Shown: in pieces, positions 1-10,372 of the stretch | Layout of the letters: every line of letters starts with the position of its first letter | Numbering within the stretch: position 1 is the stretch's first letter | NCBI GenBank assembly: GCA_963693055.1 | Contig: OY843751.1 | Coordinates: forward strand, 4,608,001 to 4,672,000 | DNA length: 64,000 nt | Origin: a bacterium | Lineage (GTDB): Bacteria; Zhuqueibacterota; Zhuqueibacteria; Residuimicrobiales; Krinioviventaceae | Direction: 5' to 3' | The notes under the pieces: model-generated | Database searches by the model: none | Seen by the model: the letters and a program-made list of their open reading frames with translations, nothing else | Told to the model about the DNA's origin: nothing | Position numbers and translations under genes: made by a program

Positions 1-1293
1 GCGATCAACCGTTCTGATGATAACGCATGGTCCCGGACTCAAAAATTTCATACAATGCATGAACCTCCAGTTCAAATTCCAACATGGAATAAATTTTATA
101 CCTCATCTTATTATGTATTATCATGGCTTGAAGAAAACGATCAATACTATATTGACCGGGATGATGTGGTCCTTTCTATCCCAGATCCGTTAAAGGGTTT
201 ACTGTGGTTTAAAACTGCAAATTATGATGCAGATAGAGAATATATCTATCACAAGAGTATCCAATTAGAAACAGCAGCAACTATTTACGTTGGTTTTGAT
301 TCAAGGGCAACATCCCTGCCAGACTGGGTAACAGAAAATTATAGCAACACCGGATTGACTATAACCGTTTCTGATTCAGCAAATGAATTAAATATATGGG
401 CCCGAAATGTTGAAAAAGGCGATGTCGCCCTGATGGCAAACATGGCAGAAGGTGCTGAAAACATTAAAAGTCATTATGTCGTTTTAATAGACACCAACCA
501 GGTACAACCTCTCTCTACTCATTTTGGTTCAGATGTAACCTCGGGAGTACTCCCGTTAACCGTTAATTTCGCAGACAGTTCTCAGGGTTATATAACGTCA
601 TGGTTATGGGATTTTGGTGATGGATCGACCTCTATAGAGCAGAATCCCTCACATACCTATGATACCACAGGCAGTTATACCGTTAGCTTGACAGTTAGTG
701 GTATGGGCAGTTCTGATACCATAACAAAAGAAAATTACATTACAGTTAAAAATGTGATAGCAAATTTTAGTGCGGATGTGACCACGGGAAAAGCACCGCT
801 TTCCGTTAGTTTTACAGACAGTTCACTGGGCGAAATTGACGCATGGTTATGGAAGTTTGGAGACGGACTCACAAGCACGTCGCAAAATCCAACGCATGTA
901 TACACATCCGGCGACTCGTTCACCGTATCGCTGTTCGCGCGCGGACCCGGTGGATCAAATACAATTGTCAAATCGAATTTCATTATTGTAGACCACCCCA
1001 CATCCATAAATGACATGGCCGGGATACCGGAAAAGTTCGATCTGCTTCCCAATTACCCAAATCCATTCAATCCGCAGACCACAATCCGGTTTGCGGTACC
1101 GAAAAAGTCTTTTGTAAAATTAACTATCTATGATATAAACGGAAAACAGGTTCAGGATTTGTTCTCCGGCACCAAAAATCCGGGGCACTATGCCATCACA
1201 TGGAACGCATCAGGATTTTCATCCGGCATGTATTTCATCAAAATGGATACGGATACCTACTCGTCAGTTCAAAAATGTTTGCTTGTTAAATAA
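1..1293 (+). CDS. Secreted PKD-domain protein with T9SS-type C-terminal sorting domain (5' truncated by window edge)
   Basis: Frame is open from base 1; two PKD repeats (SWLWDFGDG, AWLWKFGDG); C-terminal NYPNPFNPQT...GMYFIKM...KCLLVK. Confidence 0.85.
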   Translation, partial: AINRSDDNAWSRTQKFHTMHEPPVQIPTWNKFYTSSYYVLSWLEENDQYYIDRDDVVLSIPDPLKGLLWFKTANYDADREYIYHKSIQLETAATIYVGFDSRATSLPDWVTENYSNTGLTITVSDSANELNIWARNVEKGDVALMANMAEGAENIKSHYVVLIDTNQVQPLSTHFGSDVTSGVLPLTVNFADSSQGYITSWLWDFGDGSTSIEQNPSHTYDTTGSYTVSLTVSGMGSSDTITKENYITVKNVIANFSADVTTGKAPLSVSFTDSSLGEIDAWLWKFGDGLTSTSQNPTHVYTSGDSFTVSLFARGPGGSNTIVKSNFIIVDHPTSINDMAGIPEKFDLLPNYPNPFNPQTTIRFAVPKKSFVKLTIYDINGKQVQDLFSGTKNPGHYAITWNASGFSSGMYFIKMDTDTYSSVQKCLLVK

Positions 1294-1300
1294 ATGTGCA

Positions 1301-1327
1301 CCCCGGGCATCTTGCCCGGGCTTTTTT
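1301..1327 (+). terminator. GC-rich hairpin plus T-tract; the same 20-mer recurs at 4397-4416
   Basis: CCCGGGCA-TCT-TGCCCGGG followed by CTTTTTT just after the stop codon. Confidence 0.7.
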
Positions 1328-1682
1328 CGGACCAAAATCCCAAGTATTCGTAGAATGATAGGATTCTTAATGTGACAACTGCACCAATCCAAACATGTCG
1401 ATCAGGCATTACAAACTCTGCAGGAATTCATACGTTTTCACCAGAATATCAAATATTTTTCATTTAACGAGAACAATAAGTAACGTTATACGTTTATAAT
1501 TAAAACCGACCCGGCATATACAATCGCGATGGGAAAAAAGTATTGAGATAAAAAATCACAATTATAATCAAGACCTTCGTATCAAAATCCTCAGCGCTCG
1601 TTCATACTCTACTCTTAGAATCAAAGGTCAAAATTAAGCCTGCCCGGTGAAACGGGAGTACTTGAAAAAGGAGTAAACACTT

Positions 1683-4349
1683 ATGAAAAAAACACTTTTT
1701 CTTCTCGTCCTTATCCTATTCTTTTCAAATACCCTGACCGCTCAACGACTGCTAACAAGTATAAATTCTGGCTGGAAATTCCATCAAGGAGATATCGACT
1801 CTCAGGTTAATGAGATTAACACAGAAAATTGGGAAATTGTCAACCTGCCTCACACCTGGAATGTTAGTGATGCTTTTAATGAAACCCGGGGTTATTATCG
1901 CGGAGCAGGCTGGTATGTAAAAAAACTGTCAGCACCAATGGACTGGAAGGGCAAACGTGTTTTTTTCAAATTTGAAGGTGCCAACCAAACCACGGAATTG
2001 TTTTTAAATGGAGAACTGATAGGAAAGCATTTAGGTGGGTACACCGGATTTGGATTTGACTTGTCGAATAATCTGAAATATGGTGAAATAAACACGATTT
2101 CAGTTAAAGTAGATAATGCACACGATGGAAATATTCCTCCATTAAGAGCAGATTACACTTTTTATGGTGGTATTTATCGTAATGTATGGCTGCTTGTTGC
2201 AGAGCCCATCCATTTTGACCTTTCAAATTATGCTTCTGACGGTGTATTTATCGATACGCCAGAGGTGAATGAAAAGAAAGCGTTGGTTACAGTACATGGC
2301 AGTTTGGTAAACAATACGTTAGATAAAAAGACGGTCATTATTGAAACCACAGTTATTGATAAAAACAATGCAGTTGTTGCAAACAAATCATCAAAACTGG
2401 TACTTGGACCCAACAGCAAAAGCGAATTCTCTTTAGAAAATATGGAAATTCACTCACCAAACCTCTGGAGTCCTGACAATCCATATCTTTATAAAACCAT
2501 CACCCAAATCAGTGAAGATCGAAAGAATTCCATCATTTTAGACAAGATGGTATTACCCATGGGGCTCAGATGGTTCAACTTTGATGACCAAAATCGTTTT
2601 TGTCTCAATGGCAAGCCCTTAAAGCTCGTTGGAGCAAGTCGTCATCAGGATTATAAAAATTTGGGAAATGCCCTGACCGATGATTATCACTATAATGACT
2701 ATAAACATATAAAAGAGCTGGGCTTTAATTTTGTACGCCTCGCACACTATCCACAGGCACCAGAGGTTTACAAAACATGTGATGAGCTTGGATTATTGGT
2801 ATGGTCAGAGATTCCAATTGTTAGTGGGGTCACCGTATCAAAAGAATTTTCAAATAACTGTATTGAAATGCAAAAAGAGCATATTCGTCAAACACGAAAT
2901 CATCCAAGCGTTGTTTTATATGGATACATGAATGAGGTGATCATTAGCTTGCAGTTCAATAGAAGACTTGAAGAGCAGGATCGTCAAAAAACCGTAAACA
3001 GGATAATTGAATTAGCAAATCAACTCGATGATTTAACCAAAGCCGAGGCGCCAGATCGCTTTACCGTAATGGCAATGCATCATAATACAGGATACAATGA
3101 ATATGGATTGACTGAAATTCCAGATGTTGTTGGCTGGAATCTCTATTTTGGCTGGTATTATAATACCATAGAAGACTTGGGAAAATTTTTAGCTGAACAA
3201 CACAACATGTATCCAAACCAACGCATGATTGTTTCAGAATATGGTCCCGGAACAGATGTACGTATTCACTCTACAACTCCAAACGCAACAGATTTTTCTG
3301 AAGATTTTCAATATGTAATGCATGCATCATATCTTAAACAAATGATGAATTTGCCATATCTGGCTGGATTCGCGGCATGGAATTATGCAGATTTTGGCTC
3401 AAGTGGACGAGCTGATGCAATTCCTTCTATCAATCAAAAAGGGTTGGTAAATTATGATCGCAGCGAAAAAGATGTTTGCGGACTTTACCGTGCCTATTTT
3501 TTGAATGATCCAATCATCTATATTGCTTCACGCAACTTTACTCTGCGTACGGGTATTGAACAGGATAAAGGAACAGGAATTTGCAACGATAATGTAAAGA
3601 TATTTACTAATCAACAAGAAATTGAATTGAAACTTGACGGCAAAGTAATTGGAAAGAAAAAAGTAACTGATCATGAAGTAAATTTTAATGTACCTTTTAA
3701 TAATGGCAAAAATATTCTAACAGCATCTGATAATAATGGACATTCAGATCAGGTTACCATTGAATACAATGTTCTGCCTTTTCACCTTGATTCTGGCGGC
3801 GTTAAAGATCTTGCAGTCAATGTAGGGTCTGATGTGTCTTTTTATGATCCGGGAACCAAAGTCATGTGGATTCCTGACCGCCAATATACAGAAAAATCCT
3901 GGGGATATATTGGAGGAGCTCCCTATACAGTACAGAGAAGACAGCTGCAAACCGGAGTCACCCAAAACATTCTGGGTACAGATTGCAACCCCTTATTTCA
4001 AACTTTTGTTGAAGGCATTACCGGGTATCGTTTCGATGTTCCAGATGGTCAATATAAACTCACACTACTTTTTCAAGAATACAACGATCCCAATGGGCGC
4101 AACAGACTAATATACAACTTGTCAACAGACGATTCTTCTAAAGATCGCAAAGAACGAGAGTTTGACATCACCATTAATGGGGAAAAAGCCATAAGCAAAC
4201 TAAATCTGGAACGGGATTATGGTAGCTTAAGAGCCGTTACATTTGATTTTATAATAAATGCAGAAAATGGCAAAGGAATCAAAGTAAATTTCAATCCATT
4301 ATCCGGCGTCGCACTATTAAGTGGAATTCGCATTACTTGCATCCCGTAA
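1683..4349 (+). CDS. GH2 glycoside hydrolase (beta-galactosidase-like) with C-terminal malectin domain
   Basis: Signal peptide; LPHTWN, YGGIYRNV, RHQD, RLAHYPQ, acid/base YMNE, nucleophile VSEYG; malectin-like YRFDVPDGQYKLTLLF; AAGGAG SD. Confidence 0.9.
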   Translation: MKKTLFLLVLILFFSNTLTAQRLLTSINSGWKFHQGDIDSQVNEINTENWEIVNLPHTWNVSDAFNETRGYYRGAGWYVKKLSAPMDWKGKRVFFKFEGANQTTELFLNGELIGKHLGGYTGFGFDLSNNLKYGEINTISVKVDNAHDGNIPPLRADYTFYGGIYRNVWLLVAEPIHFDLSNYASDGVFIDTPEVNEKKALVTVHGSLVNNTLDKKTVIIETTVIDKNNAVVANKSSKLVLGPNSKSEFSLENMEIHSPNLWSPDNPYLYKTITQISEDRKNSIILDKMVLPMGLRWFNFDDQNRFCLNGKPLKLVGASRHQDYKNLGNALTDDYHYNDYKHIKELGFNFVRLAHYPQAPEVYKTCDELGLLVWSEIPIVSGVTVSKEFSNNCIEMQKEHIRQTRNHPSVVLYGYMNEVIISLQFNRRLEEQDRQKTVNRIIELANQLDDLTKAEAPDRFTVMAMHHNTGYNEYGLTEIPDVVGWNLYFGWYYNTIEDLGKFLAEQHNMYPNQRMIVSEYGPGTDVRIHSTTPNATDFSEDFQYVMHASYLKQMMNLPYLAGFAAWNYADFGSSGRADAIPSINQKGLVNYDRSEKDVCGLYRAYFLNDPIIYIASRNFTLRTGIEQDKGTGICNDNVKIFTNQQEIELKLDGKVIGKKKVTDHEVNFNVPFNNGKNILTASDNNGHSDQVTIEYNVLPFHLDSGGVKDLAVNVGSDVSFYDPGTKVMWIPDRQYTEKSWGYIGGAPYTVQRRQLQTGVTQNILGTDCNPLFQTFVEGITGYRFDVPDGQYKLTLLFQEYNDPNGRNRLIYNLSTDDSSKDRKEREFDITINGEKAISKLNLERDYGSLRAVTFDFIINAENGKGIKVNFNPLSGVALLSGIRITCIP

Positions 4350-4396
4350 ACATCTGATCTTTACAAAATAATTGCACATTATTTTAATCATTTAAA

Positions 4397-4416
4397 CCCC
4401 GGGCATCTTGCCCGGG
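4397..4416. repeat. Second copy of palindrome CCCCGGGCATCTTGCCCGGG
   Basis: Identical to 1301-1320. Confidence 0.8.
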
Positions 4417-4420
4417 GTAC

Positions 4421-4579
4421 TAGTCTGCATTAGGATTTCCAGGATTAACAGGATGAAAAGATTAAAAAAAAACGAACATAATCCAATCCTGTTAATCCTC
4501 AAATCCTATAAATCATAATTCAGACAAACAATCTCTAATCAAGGCAATCCTTAAATCCTGTTAATCTGAGTTCAGACAA
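4421..4579. repeat. Inverted array of ~9-nt AGGATT/AATCCT units with TTCAGACAA ends
   Basis: AGGATTAACAGGAT 4441-4454 is a perfect inverted match to 4486-4499; TTCAGACAA at 4519-4527 and 4571-4579. Confidence 0.75.
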
Positions 4580-4589
4580 GCAACCATCC

Positions 4590-5276
4590 CTAAAAAGCAT
4601 AGCCAATTGAAAACTCGCCCAAAAACGGACCGCTAAACTCATAATCTTTTTCAAATTGGTCCATCGCACTTGAAATCCCAGGAGTCGAAGGATCAATATT
4701 ACGGTCCTGCTTGTAAAAGCCATAACCCAAAGCAAAGTTAATATTAAAACCATTGTTCCAAACCCATCTTTTCCCCACATTCAACCCCAAAGTAAACTCA
4801 GGCATGGTGAAATCAAAATCAGTCCCCTCCAATTGCCCCGTGCCGTTAAACTCGCGGTAGCGTACATATGTACCAAAATAGAGTGACTTTAACTGTTTGG
4901 CCAAATGCCAGCGATAATTTAAAACTATCGCATATCCACTGGCTTCAATATTCGCATCGGTAAAAGTCCCCGGTACACTTTCATAATCCAAACGTACAAC
5001 CAACCCATGCGCCGGAGTAAACAAATGTTCATAATTGGCAGAAAAATAACCAAAAGCCAATGCAAGCGGACACATATTAACAGCATTCGTAAATTGTTCA
5101 ACAGATGTCTCTTTATTAGAATTATCCATACTTGCATTCCCCTGCGCATAGAGATTGACGGCAGAAAAAAGCCCCACCAGCAGCACAATCAAACCAATAT
5201 GACCGAATCGATTTATTTTTACAAAAAAATATTGAATTGCCAGAGTCAGAGTACCATTAGATGTTCGAGTGTTCAT
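4590..5276 (-). CDS. Outer-membrane beta-barrel protein (DUF3575-like)
   Basis: Signal peptide; alternating hydrophobic strands; C-terminal FSIGYAF aromatic BAM motif. Confidence 0.7.
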   Translation of the reverse strand: MNTRTSNGTLTLAIQYFFVKINRFGHIGLIVLLVGLFSAVNLYAQGNASMDNSNKETSVEQFTNAVNMCPLALAFGYFSANYEHLFTPAHGLVVRLDYESVPGTFTDANIEASGYAIVLNYRWHLAKQLKSLYFGTYVRYREFNGTGQLEGTDFDFTMPEFTLGLNVGKRWVWNNGFNINFALGYGFYKQDRNIDPSTPGISSAMDQFEKDYEFSGPFLGEFSIGYAF

Positions 5277-5535
5277 ATATTAATCCTATATAAAGTTATT
5301 TGCCTTGAGTAAAACTCTACACTGTATTTACAACATGATTGAAATGAATTATAAGATCATAATGGCAGATTAAACAGCAGCAATTCGTATTTAATTCCCC
5401 CCCAAAAATAATAAATCCGCAAACAACAACACAAAGTTCAGCCACACCTGTATAACAAAACCCCTCTAATAAATCCAACAAATATGGCTTTACCTCGAGG
5501 GGCTAAATCAATATCTTTTAAAAAAATCAAGAAAT

Positions 5536-7767
5536 CTATTTAAGCAAGAGCATTCTACCTGTCTGTGTTTCTTTATTACCATTTGTAAAAGCAGCAGAAA
5601 TTTTGTAAAAATAAACACCGCTCTGTACGATTACACCCTGCTTATTCATACCATTCCATTTAATCGATTGGTTTCCACTAACAACACTGTTACTCTGTGC
5701 CTGGTAAATTTCTTGTCCCAACATATTATAAACAGAGACAGAAACCTGTGCCGGCTGGCTGAGCGCAAAATGAATTGATGTTTCAGGATTAAAAGGATTG
5801 GGATAATTCCCTTGCAATTCAAAGTTGGTTGCAATATTGCCATTGGAACCTTCATCTGCCACAAATGTGGCGTCATTCACTTTTTTCAATGACAAATTGC
5901 AGATTTTTGATGGTGCCAAAAGGCTTATCGCGTTGCTTGCTACATTATATTGGACCCGGTTCGCAATCACTGTCAGAGTTCCTTTTTCAAGGCCTTCTAT
6001 CCAATACTGTCCCTGGTTATTGGTAAAATCAAATCCAACGGTTTTGCCATTACTATTCTTAACGGATACCAGAACACCACCCAATTCAGCACCATCTTCA
6101 GACACAACACTTCCCATTACTTTACCTGAACTACTGTCTGCAGCAAAAGATGTTAATGTAGCATCAATATTGTTAAGAGATTGTGACAGGTACAGTGCCT
6201 GTGCCTGTTCCCAGTTTTCCACATCATTATAAAATTCAGGGACATAATTTGCTGCGTAAAACTGAATAACATACTTGCCTTCATACAAGTTTGTTAATTC
6301 ATATTTTCCTTCAGAATCTGTTCGAGTTGAAATCACATTCACATCATTAGAATGATAGGCAGAAATTACCGCGCCACTAATTGCTTTTCCTGCTTCCGAA
6401 AGAACAATACCACTTATGGTATTGGTAGAGACTTTTGGTAACGGAGACAAAGAAAAATCAATATTCTCAAATACTGTTTTTTCACCAGGAATTAAAGGAT
6501 CAGCAAGGTAATATTCATTTTTGTTATTGTTAAATTCTTTAAAATATCCTGAAGAAAATGCCGAGATAATAATCTCTGTTAATGGGCTCTTGACATCTTT
6601 TAGTTCAAAGCTATAATTACCATTTGCGTCAGCTGTTGTCTTTTCAGAATAACTGACAGAGTCAGAGCTGTAAAATGATTGTTTAAAGAACAATTCCACA
6701 GTTGCGGCAGCAAGTGCATTTCCCTGGTCATCTGTAACCTTGCCGCTTATTGTTACTTTTGAAATAACTTTTGGTGCAGGAACAGAAAAATCTATATCCG
6801 ACACGGCTTGATCTGTGCTAACTTTGACTAATTTTGCTGCTGCTATATCTTTAGCACCCTCATAATACTCTGCAAAAAATGGAACATCGCTGTCTGAATA
6901 TTGACACATTACAATATATTCACCCGGAGCAACAGACAATTTATATTTCCCATCTACACCTGTCTCAACTTTGGCGTTTTTATAAAATGCATAACCTGTA
7001 TCAGGATCAATTGTAATAAATTCAATAGAGGCACCAACTACTGGTGTGCTTCCATCTCCAAATAAAACCGATCCCGTTATATAACCTTTAGAAATCTCAT
7101 CAGCAGTATAAACAATATCACTGGCTGTTGCTTCCGCATTCGCAAAAACTTGAATCAGTTCATCATTTTCTTTGCTGCCACCAATGGGATGTGAACTGGC
7201 AATATGATATTTACCAGCCATTATCTTTTGAAATGCATAATGCCCGTTAGCATCAGTTGTGGTAAAATAACTAAAAGTGTGTGACTTGTTTTCATCCGAA
7301 TTAACCGTATCGTTTGAATAAGCTTCAACCTCCAGGCCTTCAAGAGGCTGACCAGTATCTGTTTTTACGTACCCGGATAAACCTCCGTTCTCTGATAGAA
7401 CATAAACAAATTCAATCACAACATCCTGTATTTCATTGTTTTGCTCAACATTAATCGGACCGGTCAATTTGCTCCATACATTCATAACAGGCCGGGTTTC
7501 TATTACTGTTTGAGCATCAACATAATACGTTCCGCCTTGCAGATTGTCAAAACTAAATTGACCATTTTCATCACTAGTCCCAGAGTAAAATAACGTATCA
7601 GATGTGCTGGATGCCACACCGTACAGATTTACATTTGCGTTTGTTACATTTTGGTTCTTATCATCAATTACAACTCCACTCAGCTTTGCGGCATATACAT
7701 TTGAAAAAATAAATGCCAGAATCAATGTTAATAATAGAATACGTCTTGTTTGCATAATATGCTCCAT
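5536..7767 (-). CDS. Secreted protein with multiple carboxypeptidase-regulatory-like (prealbumin-fold) repeats and FlgD/T9SS-type CTD
   Basis: Repeated ISGxV...T(T)DxxGxY modules and three E(Y/F)(Y/N)...A motifs; NYPNPFNPET...WNGMN...SGVYFY...MLLLK. Confidence 0.85.
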   Translation of the reverse strand: MEHIMQTRRILLLTLILAFIFSNVYAAKLSGVVIDDKNQNVTNANVNLYGVASSTSDTLFYSGTSDENGQFSFDNLQGGTYYVDAQTVIETRPVMNVWSKLTGPINVEQNNEIQDVVIEFVYVLSENGGLSGYVKTDTGQPLEGLEVEAYSNDTVNSDENKSHTFSYFTTTDANGHYAFQKIMAGKYHIASSHPIGGSKENDELIQVFANAEATASDIVYTADEISKGYITGSVLFGDGSTPVVGASIEFITIDPDTGYAFYKNAKVETGVDGKYKLSVAPGEYIVMCQYSDSDVPFFAEYYEGAKDIAAAKLVKVSTDQAVSDIDFSVPAPKVISKVTISGKVTDDQGNALAAATVELFFKQSFYSSDSVSYSEKTTADANGNYSFELKDVKSPLTEIIISAFSSGYFKEFNNNKNEYYLADPLIPGEKTVFENIDFSLSPLPKVSTNTISGIVLSEAGKAISGAVISAYHSNDVNVISTRTDSEGKYELTNLYEGKYVIQFYAANYVPEFYNDVENWEQAQALYLSQSLNNIDATLTSFAADSSSGKVMGSVVSEDGAELGGVLVSVKNSNGKTVGFDFTNNQGQYWIEGLEKGTLTVIANRVQYNVASNAISLLAPSKICNLSLKKVNDATFVADEGSNGNIATNFELQGNYPNPFNPETSIHFALSQPAQVSVSVYNMLGQEIYQAQSNSVVSGNQSIKWNGMNKQGVIVQSGVYFYKISAAFTNGNKETQTGRMLLLK

Positions 7768-8114
7768 AATTAATTCAATTAAAATTTAATAAAACATGAA
7801 TTCATTTTTTTCACAACATTCAACACAAATTATCCAGGGGATTTTGGGCTTTTGAAACGGTTGCTATGTTCCAACCCAAATCACAACCTATTCCCCGCTT
7901 ACATAAAAAGAACAATCTATATCAGGTCGACCTGTATGTTGAACAATGCTATGTAGATTTTTGCAGTACTTTCCTCCTTTTGTTAATTAGTGTGTTTTGG
8001 ATTTCTGATTATTACTACAAACAAAACGGAAAAAACCCTATCTGCAGGTAAATTATAATTGAAAATAATCCATCTATTCAACCATCATTTTTTCGATCCC
8101 TTTTAAAAAAGCCC

Positions 8115-8149
8115 TTGACCTGTCTAATACTTTATAGCTTATATTAGAC
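8115..8149 (+). promoter_or_regulatory. MerR-type promoter with 19-bp spacer and overlapping inverted repeat
   Basis: TTGACC(8115-8120)-N19-TATATT(8140-8145); GTCTAATA-N12-TATTAGAC; lies upstream of the MFS-MerR operon. Confidence 0.65.
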
Positions 8150-8169
8150 TGATAAAAAAAGAGGAGAAT

Positions 8170-9438
8170 ATGAAAAAGCTATTAAACCGAAATTTTGTGC
8201 TCTTGTGGCAGGGACAGCTCGTAAGCAAGACCGGAACATTTTTATTTGAAATTGCATTGGTATTGTGGATCAAAAACCATACAAACAGCGCGGGTCTGAT
8301 GTCATTAATACTCATTGCCAGTACTATACCTGCAATTTTATTGGCCCCAATCGGCGGGACGTTTAGTGACATTTACTCCCGTAAAAACATCATTATTTTA
8401 TCAGATATCATCAGTGGATTATTAATCATCGTAACTACCCTGATTTTATCCTCAAACAGTTTATCCATCTTTATAAAATTAACAGCGCTGTTCATCTTGT
8501 CTTTAGGCTTAGGTGTGTGCACAGCTTTCTTCCAACCGGCAGTATCTGCTGTTATTCCTCAACTTTCCCCCGCAAAAAAACTAAACGCTGCAAATTCTTT
8601 ATTTCAGGCTACGTCACAATTATCCATGATTATTGGTCAGGGCATTGGCGGATTGCTCTTTGTAAAACTGGGTGCGATATTATTATTCTTTGTGAATGGT
8701 GCAAGTTTCATCTTTTCAGGATTTTCAGAACTGTTTATTAAAATACCCAAAACTAACCATCAATCTAAAATAAACTGGAAAAAATCACCAAGTCAATTCG
8801 TCTCAAACATGCAAAGCGGATTTAAATATTGCCGTTCTCAACAGGGTCTGTTGTATCTGCTGACTATTATTGGTATTTATCACTTTTTTCTCGCTCCTCT
8901 ACCTGTTCTGCTGCCATTTTGGATTTCTGACACGTTGGGTTTGGGCCAGGAGTGGTTGGGGTATTTGATGGCCAGTTTTGCTATAGGTATTCTGACAGGA
9001 TTCACTCTGGCAGGTGTATTAGACTTTTCAACGCTGCCAATTACCCGTCTTATCTCTCTATTATTTTTGTCTTCATCCGTTTTGTTTATTATATTGGGAA
9101 TATCAGGCTCTTTTATATCCAGTGCAATCTGTCTCGCCAGTTTGGGAACAATAATCGGGGTTGTTGTTGTTGTTCATATTACATTTCTACAACAAAAAGC
9201 ACATCCCGAATTTCACGGACGGGTTTTTGGTATTTTAAATACAGTTACGAATGCATCTGTACCAATAGGACTGGGTTTCTATGGATTGCTACTGGATTTA
9301 TTAATCAATTCAGCACTGCAAGTTGATCCGGTAAGGCTCATATTTATATCAAACGGAATAGCAATTTTTATAATTATCTTAGTAATGCTGATAAAAGTAA
9401 ATTTGGATTTTGTTTTTGCACCAACTCCCCAGGAGTAA
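8170..9438 (+). CDS. MFS transporter (DHA3/MefA-like efflux)
   Basis: NRNFVLLWQGQLVS start, GGTFSDIYSRK motif A, ~12 hydrophobic helices, EFHGRVFG; GAGGAG SD. Confidence 0.9.
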   Translation: MKKLLNRNFVLLWQGQLVSKTGTFLFEIALVLWIKNHTNSAGLMSLILIASTIPAILLAPIGGTFSDIYSRKNIIILSDIISGLLIIVTTLILSSNSLSIFIKLTALFILSLGLGVCTAFFQPAVSAVIPQLSPAKKLNAANSLFQATSQLSMIIGQGIGGLLFVKLGAILLFFVNGASFIFSGFSELFIKIPKTNHQSKINWKKSPSQFVSNMQSGFKYCRSQQGLLYLLTIIGIYHFFLAPLPVLLPFWISDTLGLGQEWLGYLMASFAIGILTGFTLAGVLDFSTLPITRLISLLFLSSSVLFIILGISGSFISSAICLASLGTIIGVVVVVHITFLQQKAHPEFHGRVFGILNTVTNASVPIGLGFYGLLLDLLINSALQVDPVRLIFISNGIAIFIIILVMLIKVNLDFVFAPTPQE

Positions 9439-9444
9439 TTAAAA

Positions 9445-9978
9445 ATGGCAGTATATACCATTAGCAAAATCGCTAAAGAATTCGGACTTTCCCGAACGAC
9501 ATTGATTTATTATGATTCAATTGGACTTTTAAAACCCGCCCGGTCAGAAAAAAAGTACAGAATCTATTCCGAATCAGATAAAAAACGCCTGGAGCACATT
9601 TGCACATATCGCGATATGGGGCTGCCTTTGAAAGAAATCCAGATCCTGTTGTCGGAAAGCGATACACAATTCATCAATATTTTAGAAAACCACCTTTCTG
9701 TGCTGTCTGATAAAATCAGACAGCTACGGAAACAGCAGCATTCTATCGTAAAATTATTACAGGACAAATCGTTACTGAAACATACCGGCGTAATGGACAA
9801 AGAAACCTGGGTGTCGATTCTAAGAGCATCCGGGATGAGTGACAAAGATATGGACAACTGGCACAGGGCGTTTGAATTACAGTCACCTCAGGCCCATCAA
9901 GAATTCCTTATTTCACTGGGATTGGGAAAAGCCGAGATCGAACTTATCCGTCGTGACGCGCGTAATGAACTGGAATGA
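9445..9978 (+). CDS. MerR-family transcriptional regulator
   Basis: YTISKIAKEFGLSRTTLIYYDSIGLLKP...YRIYS HTH; C-terminal WHRAFE..SPQAHQEFLISLG domain. Confidence 0.92.
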   Translation: MAVYTISKIAKEFGLSRTTLIYYDSIGLLKPARSEKKYRIYSESDKKRLEHICTYRDMGLPLKEIQILLSESDTQFINILENHLSVLSDKIRQLRKQQHSIVKLLQDKSLLKHTGVMDKETWVSILRASGMSDKDMDNWHRAFELQSPQAHQEFLISLGLGKAEIELIRRDARNELE

Positions 9979-10060
9979 AAAATCATTATCATTTGCAATT
10001 AAAGATTAATATTGTATTATATAGAGATAACAGATTGTACTCATCACTAAAGTGTAAATT

Positions 10061-10246
10061 ATGAGAGATAAAAATCCCAATTATAAAGGCATGTACATTC
10101 TGGGCTTGGCATTATTGGCTTTGGGCTCAAGTTTCATTGCCATTTTTGATGGCAAGCCCACCGGCCCCGTATTTATTGCAATTGGTGGTTTATTTTTGAT
10201 AATCAGCATAAAACATAAAAAAGAATGGCAGAATAAATCCAAATAA
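10061..10246 (+). CDS. Small two-TM membrane protein
   Basis: Two hydrophobic helices and a basic tail. Confidence 0.55.
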   Translation: MRDKNPNYKGMYILGLALLALGSSFIAIFDGKPTGPVFIAIGGLFLIISIKHKKEWQNKSK

Positions 10247-10372
10247 CAAACCTCTTTGCAGCAAATGATCCTGCTATTCTTTAAACAAACCTAAATCCTT
10301 GTTTGCATTTGAGATAAATTCAGACTATCTTTTACCACAGACTGGTTATCACTCCCAACAGCAGGACGTATA

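Noticed and set aside
1638-1660. Small hairpin CCCG-GTGAAA-CGGG upstream of GH2 as a riboswitch
   Set aside because: Too short, with no recognisable aptamer consensus
7923-7934. Perfect palindrome CAGGTCGACCTG in a divergent promoter region
   Set aside because: Single 12-bp occurrence with no second site or assignable regulator
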